Of a DNA stretch of 41,318 nucleotides, positions 9,914 through 18,419 are shown in pieces. A program made the translations under genes and the position numbers. The stretch is taken from sequence record LN881738.1, one strand, 5' to 3'. Below the pieces are notes generated by a model. That model did not search any database and was not told where the DNA came from. It saw only the letters and a list, made by a program, of their open reading frames with translations. Source of the DNA: Clostridium phage slur17. The stretch's first letter is position 1. Each line of letters opens with the position of its first letter.

Positions 9914-9984
9914 AACAATCCCCCCAAATTAAAATATTTATATAATAATTATATATTAATTCGGAAGGTGTAGAGTATATTATT

Positions 9985-10593
9985 TTATAATAAATTACTA
10001 ATATCTCCACCATTTAGCAAAGCTCTTTCAATTTCATTTATTTTCTCAACCTCATTTTTAGGAAGTGGTATAGCATGTATTTTTTTCATTTTCCTATAAA
10101 AATCTTTTTGCGCTTTTGGCATATCTCCACTTATATCCATTGCCCTGTAACCCATAATTTTAACTATCTCAGTATCTTCTTTCAAGGATTTAAATAGCGC
10201 TTTAAATTTCCACCAGTGTAATTTTTCTATGTCTTGCAAGTCAATCCCATATTGCCCTAGAAAAGCGGAATATATATACTCGTCGTCATGGTCATACGAA
10301 TATATTTGCCCCTTACTAGAACCACCCGCACCACTTTGACAACTATCATTAATATCATTTTCTTTTTTCCCGCACGAATAAAACCATATAATTTTATCTA
10401 TAGCCACCGTAGTATTTATAGGTATTACAGGGTAATATAAAGAAAGTGCATTTTTCCCTTTTTCCTCGTCACTTATAGAATCATCTTGTATCAACATTTC
10501 AAACAGAATTGATATTCTAAAATCTGTATTAATTTTATATTCTTCCCCATCAATTTCAACGTTTTCGGGAAGTACATCTATTAACATATTCAT
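9985..10593 (-). CDS. Tail assembly protein (Gp15-like; T-type partner of the chaperone pair)
   Basis: Lies immediately upstream of the TMP region. It is in the -1 frame relative to the preceding ORF, with a TAATG overlap, and has no convincing SD of its own. Confidence 0.6.
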   Translation of the reverse strand: MNMLIDVLPENVEIDGEEYKINTDFRISILFEMLIQDDSISDEEKGKNALSLYYPVIPINTTVAIDKIIWFYSCGKKENDINDSCQSGAGGSSKGQIYSYDHDDEYIYSAFLGQYGIDLQDIEKLHWWKFKALFKSLKEDTEIVKIMGYRAMDISGDMPKAQKDFYRKMKKIHAIPLPKNEVEKINEIERALLNGGDISNLL

Positions 10594-10955
10594 TATTTTT
10601 TAGCTCTACGTTGCGCTCGGTTTGGCGTATACTTTGATACAGCTGAGGCGAAAAATTCTTCCCCCTCTTGTTTCTGTCTATTAACTTCTTCTATTAATTC
10701 AAAAAAAGCATTTGAGCATACCTTTAAATTTCTCTTATCTCCAAACATTTTATTTGATGTGCCTTCCCCGAAAATATCGTCAAAGCATTTAAAAATTAAA
10801 TTACATATATCTCTAATCATTTCATAACCTTTGGTTGCCTCTTTCTCAACTTTTCCCGTTTCAGTAATAGTCAAGCCTATTGTTTTTTCAATGTTTTCAT
10901 ATTCATCAGCATCATATATATCAAAATCTTTTAATTCTATATTATTAATTAACAT
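10593..10955 (-). CDS. Tail assembly chaperone (G-type)
   Basis: 120-aa acidic ORF between the major tail protein and the Gp15-like ORF. It ends in AAA AAA TAA. Confidence 0.55.
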   Translation of the reverse strand: MLINNIELKDFDIYDADEYENIEKTIGLTITETGKVEKEATKGYEMIRDICNLIFKCFDDIFGEGTSNKMFGDKRNLKVCSNAFFELIEEVNRQKQEGEEFFASAVSKYTPNRAQRRAKK

Positions 10956-11012
10956 CTTTTGAATCTCCTTATTTTTAATTATTTATATAAATATTTTAAT
11001 TCAATTATATAG

Positions 11013-11813
11013 CTACTCTTTTACTGTAACAGTAGCTATTCCTGCCTTTTTCGCTTTATTGCCCGAATTAACCTCTACTATCAATATTTTATCCCCTTCA
11101 TTTGCTGTTATATCCTCAGTACCATCCCAAGTAGTATATCCAACTGAACAATCAGCATCTAATGCTGGAACTGAAACACTTGCCCCAGTCTTATATTTAT
11201 AACTATTTCCACTTTCAAGACCTGGAGTAACGGTTACTTTTGTATCCCCTGTGTTAGTACCCGCAATTGAATTTACAGTTAAAATCTTTAAACTTTCAGC
11301 TGGTGGTGCTTCTTCCCCAACCTCCGTGAAAATCTTTGTCTGAGTGTTAAATTCTCCATCTACAAAATTACCAACGCTATTTAAGTTCCCGCTGACAATA
11401 ATTGTTTCTCCTCCTGCTCCTGCAAGCCCAGAGACTTCAACTGACACTCTAAATTTTCTAGCCTTAAAAGTATTATCTTTTCCTTCAACTGGTAAAAATA
11501 ATTCTACTCTTAAATAATCTCTTTCAGCATCTGCGCCAGTTGCCTGGTCTCTACCTATCTTATAAAGTTCCATTATAGCCTTTTCGCTTTTAATTAAATC
11601 CGACTCAAACGGGAATTGTGTTTGGTAAGATTTTATAGCACTAGTACTGTTTCTATCGTTTATATATGTTTTAGAGTCACTTTGCGCGGATGGGTTCTCG
11701 TCTAATGTATTAAATCCTGCCCCCATCAACTCCCAAGAATTTTGTCCATCGTCTCCTAAAATTCCTAAATAATCCGCAATTTTATATCTTTGTATCGTTT
11801 CTATTCCTGCCAT
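11013..11813 (-). CDS. Major tail (tube) protein with a C-terminal Ig-like domain
   Basis: Its position follows the head-tail connectors. The C-terminus LKILTVNSIAGTNTGDTKVTVTPG...ATVTVKE resembles a Big_2-type Ig decoration. Confidence 0.75.
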   Translation of the reverse strand: MAGIETIQRYKIADYLGILGDDGQNSWELMGAGFNTLDENPSAQSDSKTYINDRNSTSAIKSYQTQFPFESDLIKSEKAIMELYKIGRDQATGADAERDYLRVELFLPVEGKDNTFKARKFRVSVEVSGLAGAGGETIIVSGNLNSVGNFVDGEFNTQTKIFTEVGEEAPPAESLKILTVNSIAGTNTGDTKVTVTPGLESGNSYKYKTGASVSVPALDADCSVGYTTWDGTEDITANEGDKILIVEVNSGNKAKKAGIATVTVKE

Positions 11814-11815
11814 TT

Positions 11816-12247
11816 TTATATTTCTCCTTTTTCAAAATATTTTAGTTTTAATTGTATTTGATATTGTGCTGTGTCTATACTTGTTTGAACTGGATAACCT
11901 GTAGTACTTACCTCTAGTGACATAGACTCTTTATTTCCATCTAAAACAGGTAAATTGCCATTTAAATTTTCTCTATATATCCAGTCCGCAAATTGTTCGT
12001 AAAACTGGCTATTTTCTATATTCTGCATAACATCAGACCCATAAGACTCTCTACTTGCAAATATAAAAACAAATTGTTTTATAGAGTCGCCATTTACAAA
12101 TTTTTTTACAATCGTTTCAGCTGGAACAGTCTCAATTGTATAAGAAGTAAATTCCTCCGCTAAAAATTCAACATTTATACTTTTTGCAAATTCATCTAAG
12201 TAGGGGCATTTTTTTATAAACTCTCTAACGCTTTCAACTATAGTCAC
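11816..12247 (-). CDS. Head-tail joining / tail terminator-type protein
   Basis: 143-aa ORF in the connector block, overlapping the upstream gene by 4 nt. Confidence 0.5.
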   Translation of the reverse strand: MTIVESVREFIKKCPYLDEFAKSINVEFLAEEFTSYTIETVPAETIVKKFVNGDSIKQFVFIFASRESYGSDVMQNIENSQFYEQFADWIYRENLNGNLPVLDGNKESMSLEVSTTGYPVQTSIDTAQYQIQLKLKYFEKGEI

Positions 12248-12591
12248 TCTCTACTACCTCCAATAAACCTAGCAACAGACCCTATCAGCTCATCTTTATT
12301 GTCTGCTAACATTCTTTTATCCCAATACTTGCCTCTTTTGCCTCCTGCCCCCATACCTTCTGAACCACGCCCAGAATTATTATAGTAATGTATTTTAGCG
12401 TAAGGCTGTATATACTTTATCTTGTCAACTTCTTCTCTAGCTGTATTTTTCAACGTTCCACTTTGTTTAGGGACATAAGAGTCTGAAAGCCTTCTAACTT
12501 CATGGGTAAAAAATTTTTGTGCCTTCCCGCCTCTTTCAAGACCCCGCTCTCTCATTATTCTAGCAACGTCAATATCTACGTGTACATTCAT
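12244..12591 (-). CDS. HK97 gp10-like minor capsid / neck protein
   Basis: SYVPKQSGTLKNTA...IKYIQPYAKIHYYN resembles the conserved gp10-family pattern. Confidence 0.6.
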   Translation of the reverse strand: MNVHVDIDVARIMRERGLERGGKAQKFFTHEVRRLSDSYVPKQSGTLKNTAREEVDKIKYIQPYAKIHYYNNSGRGSEGMGAGGKRGKYWDKRMLADNKDELIGSVARFIGGSRE

Positions 12592-12597
12592 CCCATA

Positions 12598-13041
12598 TCA
12601 TTCTGCCTCCAACTCTATATGTCGCATTCTTATGCTCCCAAAATCACATTTAATGACTGATTTTATAATACTGACATCATCAAATTTACTTTGTAATTCT
12701 CTTAATGTATAAGGCTTAACGCTAGTTATTTCAAAGTCTACGACCTCTTTTACAATAATATCGCCAACCTTGAAAGTATAAAATTTTTCCTTTTCGATTT
12801 CATCTAATTCATAATATTTGAAAGGGTCTATATATTTCTTCCCTCTTGCATTTGCAGAAAAGGGAACTATAACCTTAACACTATCAGCACTTAACAACCC
12901 CTTATCTGTAACAGCTATATTTTTAGAACCTTGATAATCTACTCCAATTAAATAAGCCCTCTTGTATAAAGTTTTGTCAGAGTACTTATCATAATATTTA
13001 TTATATAAAGTTATATTATCTTTAAAAAACACGCTAAACAC
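12598..13041 (-). CDS. Head closure / connector protein
   Basis: 147-aa ORF in the connector block, overlapping its neighbour. Confidence 0.5.
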   Translation of the reverse strand: MFSVFFKDNITLYNKYYDKYSDKTLYKRAYLIGVDYQGSKNIAVTDKGLLSADSVKVIVPFSANARGKKYIDPFKYYELDEIEKEKFYTFKVGDIIVKEVVDFEITSVKPYTLRELQSKFDDVSIIKSVIKCDFGSIRMRHIELEAE

Positions 13042-13366
13042 CTCGATACAACAAATCTGAATCTAAATACATTTTTAAAATATCATATGCCTTTTGCTCT
13101 ATCGTTTTATTGTTAGCTGAATAAGTCACTGAATGACTTCCAATACTTTCAGACTGAATTTCTTTGTCGCCTTCCAGGTTACTTTTATATATGAGGTCAG
13201 CAATCTCACAAGTGGCTATTTTTATTTCTTCTGTAACTTCTTCTATTCTATTAAAAGTATTATAATCTATATACTTAGTTGCTCTTATTGCATATTTATT
13301 AAATTTGTCCTGTGGGATTTCTCCCCCAAGAGTGCTATAAAATTCATAGTCTATATACATATTCAT
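13034..13366 (-). CDS. gp6-like head-tail connector (DNA packaging, QLRG-type family)
   Basis: 110-aa ORF directly after the major capsid gene, with typical size and position. Confidence 0.6.
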   Translation of the reverse strand: MNMYIDYEFYSTLGGEIPQDKFNKYAIRATKYIDYNTFNRIEEVTEEIKIATCEIADLIYKSNLEGDKEIQSESIGSHSVTYSANNKTIEQKAYDILKMYLDSDLLYRGV

Positions 13367-13369
13367 AGC

Positions 13370-14443
13370 CTACCCTCTCGAAATAATTCTAGCGATAGGT
13401 ATAGCCTTATGGTTTATATAAGTTTTAGACCCATTCGAACTATCATTCACAAGCTCCCAATTTGCTCCGTTTTTCAGTTCTGCATCAGTTGGAGATGCTG
13501 TTGCAACTGCTTTTTTAGTAAAGCTAATACCATATGGCGCAAATACTTTTCTTTGTCTACTATATAAGTAATCTTCTCCACCATTTTTACCTGGAGCCCT
13601 ATCCATTTCATATGGGACTTTTGCACCAACATCCTCGAAGTCAATAGAATTTTCCCCAAGCACATATGTTGTATACTCTGTGTATCCATCATTTGAACCC
13701 TCTGAACTTTCAGCGACCTCTCTAGTTGGCATATTGTCATCAATTAAGACTAATTTGCCACCCCAAGTTCCTAACTTCATCTCCCTTTGAATACCTTGTG
13801 GGTCAGTATATTTTAACCTAGCAACAAGATTTAAATTTTCTAAGTTAGTTGATATAACACTGTGCATTATAACAAGTGCAAATTTTTCTTTATTATCTCC
13901 ACAAGCTTTTTGAGTTGCACTATTAAGAGTTTCGGCTTTAACCTTTTGATTTTCTGTTTCTGCTTCTTTCGTTATATCAAAAGTATGATTGTCAACAAAT
14001 TCTAAATTTTTCGCCCCTGTCATTGCGAAAATACCTTCCAGAACAGCTAACAAAGTTTTTTGGTCTATATTATCCCAATATTTAGCAACTTGATTTCCTA
14101 CATTCTCCATAAAAGGAACTCCGCCGGTTACGTCCTGGCTAAAGTCTTTTTCCACCCACGATTTAGCTCTACCAACAACAATTACAGACTGCGAAAAGGT
14201 CTTTGTTGTAGTTGCTACTATATCCGTTTGTCCGTCGTAATTGACTGGGTCGCCATCAATCAAGCCAAGCATTGGAATAGTTGCATAATTTGCTCCCGAT
14301 TGGGCTGAAAACATAGCCTTTAAATCGTCCCTTCTTCTTATTGCTCCAGACTTTATTAATTCGTCCCTATTTAGATTAGGTACAGTCTCAACGTATTTTC
14401 CAAACACTTCTCCATTAAAAATTTTTGAATCAAATAAACTCAT
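13370..14443 (-). CDS. Major capsid protein
   Basis: 357-aa ORF directly downstream of the scaffold gene, with a strong SD. Assigned mainly on position and size. Confidence 0.8.
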   Translation of the reverse strand: MSLFDSKIFNGEVFGKYVETVPNLNRDELIKSGAIRRRDDLKAMFSAQSGANYATIPMLGLIDGDPVNYDGQTDIVATTTKTFSQSVIVVGRAKSWVEKDFSQDVTGGVPFMENVGNQVAKYWDNIDQKTLLAVLEGIFAMTGAKNLEFVDNHTFDITKEAETENQKVKAETLNSATQKACGDNKEKFALVIMHSVISTNLENLNLVARLKYTDPQGIQREMKLGTWGGKLVLIDDNMPTREVAESSEGSNDGYTEYTTYVLGENSIDFEDVGAKVPYEMDRAPGKNGGEDYLYSRQRKVFAPYGISFTKKAVATASPTDAELKNGANWELVNDSSNGSKTYINHKAIPIARIISRG

Positions 14444-14453
14444 TTTCTACCTC

Positions 14454-15026
14454 CTATATGTTCAACATTTCTCTATTTTTTGCTATCATTTGTTCCATTA
14501 AACTTACTTTAGACTCTCCAGCATCTCCACCGCTAGAACTAACAACCTTTGGAACACTATTGCCATTTATAAAAGCCCCTGGGTCATTTGCCTGCAATTC
14601 TTTTATATAATCATCTGCTCCCTCAAAAGCCCCGTTCTTATATTCAAGTCCCTTCTCTTTCATTTTTATTTTTACAGCCTCTTTTGAGAGATTGCTAGAA
14701 AACTTAAAATTACTTAAATAATTATCTAAATTTAAGTTATAAGTTTGCTCTGACATTTGATTTTCAATCAATTCCTTATCTTTTTGAGCCTGTTCGGCTT
14801 TACTCTTCCAGTCATCAACCTCTTTTTTTATACTCTCAACATCTATTTTTTCTAAGTCTTTAATTTTATTATTAGCTGTTTCGAGTTCAGTATTTTTACT
14901 TTCCAATTCTTCTTTTTTCTTTTCTACTTCTTTTTTATACTTTTCTATATCCCTCCCATTTTCGGACATGATTTTTTCTATAACCTCATCCTCTAAATTT
15001 AAATCTTTCAAAAACTCTCTTTTCAT
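14454..15026 (-). CDS. Scaffolding protein (phage GP20-like)
   Basis: MKREFLKDLNLEDEVIEKIMSENGRDIEKYK followed by an E/K coiled coil. Located upstream of the capsid gene. Confidence 0.75.
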   Translation of the reverse strand: MKREFLKDLNLEDEVIEKIMSENGRDIEKYKKEVEKKKEELESKNTELETANNKIKDLEKIDVESIKKEVDDWKSKAEQAQKDKELIENQMSEQTYNLNLDNYLSNFKFSSNLSKEAVKIKMKEKGLEYKNGAFEGADDYIKELQANDPGAFINGNSVPKVVSSSGGDAGESKVSLMEQMIAKNREMLNI

Positions 15027-15149
15027 AAAAACCTCCTGTTTTCATTTACAATTACGCTTTTTTACGTGGTAGCATCACATATTGTCTAACTTTTTACGTC
15101 GCTTAGTAGACATCTATATAAATGAATTAAGTATTTTAAGCATAAAAAT

Positions 15150-15171
15150 AAGTCTTATTAATATAAGACTT
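15150..15171 (-). terminator. Intrinsic terminator-like hairpin at the end of the 93-aa gene
   Basis: aagtcttat (15150-15158) pairs with ataagactt (15163-15171). On the minus strand it is followed by ATTTTTA. Confidence 0.5.
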
Positions 15172-15439
15172 CCTCATATGTTTCTCTAAATATATCAGCC
15201 TTGCATGGATATAGTTCTCCTTTTATCCCTTGAATAATGTAATCACCTACATTAGCCTCGTGTATACCTTCAAGCGTCTTTATATACATGCGTGGAGATA
15301 ATTCCCCTAGACTCTGTTCAATCCAAACATTGCCACTCTCAATAGCCTTAACTATCCATATTGGTTCTTCCTTTTGTTCTATACTTCCTAGCCATTTAAA
15401 AGCTTCAACAGTAACTGGCTTCTTTCTATATTTCCCCAT
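15158..15439 (-). CDS. Hypothetical protein (93 aa)
   Basis: Compact ORF with an SD. The pattern KKPVTVEAFKW...GDYIIQGIKGELYPCKADIFRETYE looks conserved, but I know of no function for it. Confidence 0.6.
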   Translation of the reverse strand: MGKYRKKPVTVEAFKWLGSIEQKEEPIWIVKAIESGNVWIEQSLGELSPRMYIKTLEGIHEANVGDYIIQGIKGELYPCKADIFRETYEEVLY

Positions 15440-15454
15440 TTAAAGCACTCCTTT

Positions 15455-15781
15455 TTATAAAGCATCTAATTCCATAAATACTTTTAGCATTTTAGGAAAC
15501 TGTATCGCAAAATAGTCAACCATTTCCTCGTTTCTAGCCCAATCGCTATTACTCTTTAACCCGCTTTCAGATAAAAAAGCATGTATAACTTCATGTCTAA
15601 GAACTTGTTTTTCATAAAAGTTCAAATCCTCTAAACTTTCATCTGAATGCTCCATTTTAGCGATTATAATCTTGTTTACAGTATCATCCATAAAACCATC
15701 AAATTTAACCATTAAAGGCTCTTTTTCTTTGGTACAATTTTTCAATATAGTATATTTAGTCCCTAATATTTCAACATCCAT
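15455..15781 (-). CDS. Putative zinc metallopeptidase (HExxH)
   Basis: Contains the VLRHEVIHAF motif. ATG at 15781 follows AAGGAG and overlaps the upstream stop; the track start at 15805 is probably too long. Confidence 0.6.
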   Translation of the reverse strand: MDVEILGTKYTILKNCTKEKEPLMVKFDGFMDDTVNKIIIAKMEHSDESLEDLNFYEKQVLRHEVIHAFLSESGLKSNSDWARNEEMVDYFAIQFPKMLKVFMELDAL

Positions 15782-15782
15782 T

Positions 15783-17006
15783 TTATTTCTCCTTTTTGCC
15801 AGCATAAACAGCCTTTTGGCTGATGCTCTTATTATATCCTAACACCTGGTGTCTATCATTCTGCAACCTCAATTTAGCAACCTTACTAAACTCTCTATAT
15901 TCTTGCTTCTGTCTTTGCAACTTTATACTTGCATTTGTAAACTCATCTTTAAGACCAGCAGACTCATAAGCAATTAGTTGTCTCTTAGTCTGCCTCATAG
16001 CTGTTTCAATTTTGCGCTGATACTGCAACGCTTGATAATGCGTATAAGTTCGCCCCTTATATCCAATATCGGGAGGGTCTATATTTTTTAATTGCTCTTT
16101 AGTGTAAGCAGGAACAGAGATACCAGGTACAACTGCATGAAATTGATGCGAACAGTTCCAACCTCCTAATCCATCACCCTGTCCCCAGCCTGTAACAGCC
16201 CTTAAAGAAGGGTATTTCGTACTTTTACCACTTAAACTATACCATTTGCCCTGCCATTTCTTATGATTTTTAATGCCTGCACCCTCGCACCTTGCCCCCG
16301 AGTGAGCTGTAACTTCTACTATATCAGTATCCAAATCCTCTATAACTTTATTATTAATATTCTGTGACATCTGATTAACACCAGTAAGCACAGCCCTTCT
16401 AGTTGCAACATCTATCCTATTAGCCCAGCCAGTTTCATAATCTATAAACCTTAAACCACTATCTGCAAGCCTCTTGACTGCTTTTTTAACTGCTGTCTTA
16501 TAATCCAAGACTCCTGTACTGACTTGAAATTGCGCTAAGTCTAAAGACTCTATATATATGTCTGTAAGTTTCTTACTAATAACTTTACCTTTTTTAATAG
16601 TACAAAATCCTAATGTACCTGTCATATTCTTCAGTTTACCCTTAGTTTGCTCTTTAGCTGAAGAAACATAGTTCTTAAGTTCTTCAGAACTATTCAAGTG
16701 TATTGGTGTTAATTTAGCATGTTCATATAAAGCACTATCACTTTCAATAGATTTTATAGCACTTTCTTCAAATAACTTGTCAACTGCCTCAAAAGAGATA
16801 CCAAGTATTTCAGCAATTTTCATTTTAATTACTTTATCAGCCATCCCAATCTCTTCTGCTCTTATTAACTGCCATTCTGCCATATCTGTAATATTCCCAG
16901 CCTTTGCAATACGTCTTGCAATATCTGCTATTACAAAGTCCTCTAAAGTTTGAAATAAGCCAATAAAATACTTAGGAATTTCTTGTAACTCATTAGGTGT
17001 TAACAT
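15783..17006 (-). CDS. Head morphogenesis protein (SPP1 gp7 / Mu F family minor capsid protein)
   Basis: Lies immediately downstream of the portal gene. The N-terminus LTPNELQEIPKYFIGLFQTLEDFVIADIARRIAK is typical of the family. Confidence 0.8.
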   Translation of the reverse strand: MLTPNELQEIPKYFIGLFQTLEDFVIADIARRIAKAGNITDMAEWQLIRAEEIGMADKVIKMKIAEILGISFEAVDKLFEESAIKSIESDSALYEHAKLTPIHLNSSEELKNYVSSAKEQTKGKLKNMTGTLGFCTIKKGKVISKKLTDIYIESLDLAQFQVSTGVLDYKTAVKKAVKRLADSGLRFIDYETGWANRIDVATRRAVLTGVNQMSQNINNKVIEDLDTDIVEVTAHSGARCEGAGIKNHKKWQGKWYSLSGKSTKYPSLRAVTGWGQGDGLGGWNCSHQFHAVVPGISVPAYTKEQLKNIDPPDIGYKGRTYTHYQALQYQRKIETAMRQTKRQLIAYESAGLKDEFTNASIKLQRQKQEYREFSKVAKLRLQNDRHQVLGYNKSISQKAVYAGKKEK

Positions 17007-18419
17007 CTATATACCATCCTTGTCAAAAGGATTATCCTCTACTAATTCCCCCGTGTCGGGCATCATTTTCAAAGCCTCTTCCTCTGTGACTCCATATTTT
17101 TTCATAATATACAATTCGGGTCTAATTAATCCAGATGCGACATCCTGTTGCATTGCTAAGAGTTCAGAATCTTTGTCTATTATTACGCTATCGTCCCAAT
17201 TAAAAGTCGTTTCATACTTCAAACTAGGAGTAAATCCTGCCAAAATAGACCACTTATCTATAGAATAAATTAATCCCTCTAGGGCATCCTCTAAAGACTT
17301 TTGTATATCCTTAACAGTAGAGTATAAACGTTGCTTACTAGTTTTTATTTCTGTTGCTGTTTTTTCAATCTCTTGTGCATCTGATATAATCCCGTATGAC
17401 AATCCACAATTGAACTCTATTTTTCTTAGTAATTGATTAAGCCCAGCGTAAAGACTCGAATCCCTTATGGCTGGTGAAAACACATTCCATTTATTGTCTC
17501 CATCCTCCATTTCTAACATCCTGTACAGTCGTTTCTTGCCATGCGGAACTTCATATTCTCCATTTGCGTTTCTTCTGAACATACTAGAATCTGCATCAAT
17601 TGCTATCTCTGTAGCCTCATACTCCCACAAAATCCTCGAATATTGTTTATCAGCCTCTTTTATTAAGTCAACTGCTCTTGAAAAAACAGAAACGCCCAGA
17701 GCTGATGAGTTTTCTAAACTATTAGCCTGCGGGATTTTAAAGTATGCAAATAAAGGTCTTTCAATTCCTTCTAATACTAACTCTTCTGAAAGCTCTGCCC
17801 ATTCGGGAACATCACTTAATCTAATTCTCTTCCCTAAGTCATTTGAATAACCAATTAATCTTGCTGTATTACTCTTATATGCGTAATTAGAGATAGTATA
17901 AGAAGTAGAAGTCCAATTATGATATTCTAATCTGGTATATTTAATATCACCTTTAACTTTTATTTCAGAAAAAATAGCTGATGTAATATCACCTGTAGAA
18001 CTATATTCAACAGGGAAAAAATTACTTGCCTGGACATAATCAACTTCTATTTTATTCCTGCCTATATACGGTTTAAATACTAATCCACCAGCCACACACG
18101 CATATTCACAATACTTTCTTATGTCTTTCAATACCTCTTGATATTGTTCATTTAAAAAGTCATTTCCAACTATTTCACTTTCAAGTTCTAGTGTAACAAG
18201 GCGTGCAACTTCACTTGATATTGCACTTGGCAAATTCAAACTCTTAGTTGTTTCATTTAACCACGGGGCTTTGTTTTTGTACATAGCCATCCACGAGTCA
18301 ATTGCTCTTGACATCTTATCACTAACAGCTATATCTACCTTTAATTCATTTTGTATAGAACTCTTATTAAACAACTTGTTAATCACCCCCCTTATAGCAT
18401 TTTTCAATCCTTCAAACAT
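17007..18419 (-). CDS. Portal protein (SPP1 Gp6-like)
   Basis: 470 aa, located between terL and the gp7-like gene. Confidence 0.85.
   Translation of the reverse strand: MFEGLKNAIRGVINKLFNKSSIQNELKVDIAVSDKMSRAIDSWMAMYKNKAPWLNETTKSLNLPSAISSEVARLVTLELESEIVGNDFLNEQYQEVLKDIRKYCEYACVAGGLVFKPYIGRNKIEVDYVQASNFFPVEYSSTGDITSAIFSEIKVKGDIKYTRLEYHNWTSTSYTISNYAYKSNTARLIGYSNDLGKRIRLSDVPEWAELSEELVLEGIERPLFAYFKIPQANSLENSSALGVSVFSRAVDLIKEADKQYSRILWEYEATEIAIDADSSMFRRNANGEYEVPHGKKRLYRMLEMEDGDNKWNVFSPAIRDSSLYAGLNQLLRKIEFNCGLSYGIISDAQEIEKTATEIKTSKQRLYSTVKDIQKSLEDALEGLIYSIDKWSILAGFTPSLKYETTFNWDDSVIIDKDSELLAMQQDVASGLIRPELYIMKKYGVTEEEALKMMPDTGELVEDNPFDKDGI

Noticed and set aside
13133-14610. ORFs 13133-13567 (+), 13474-13743 (-), 14060-14308 (+) and 14425-14610 (+) overlapping the connector, capsid and scaffold genes
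   Set aside because: They are alternative-frame or antisense ORFs inside genes with clear structural assignments. None has an RBS, and their composition is odd.
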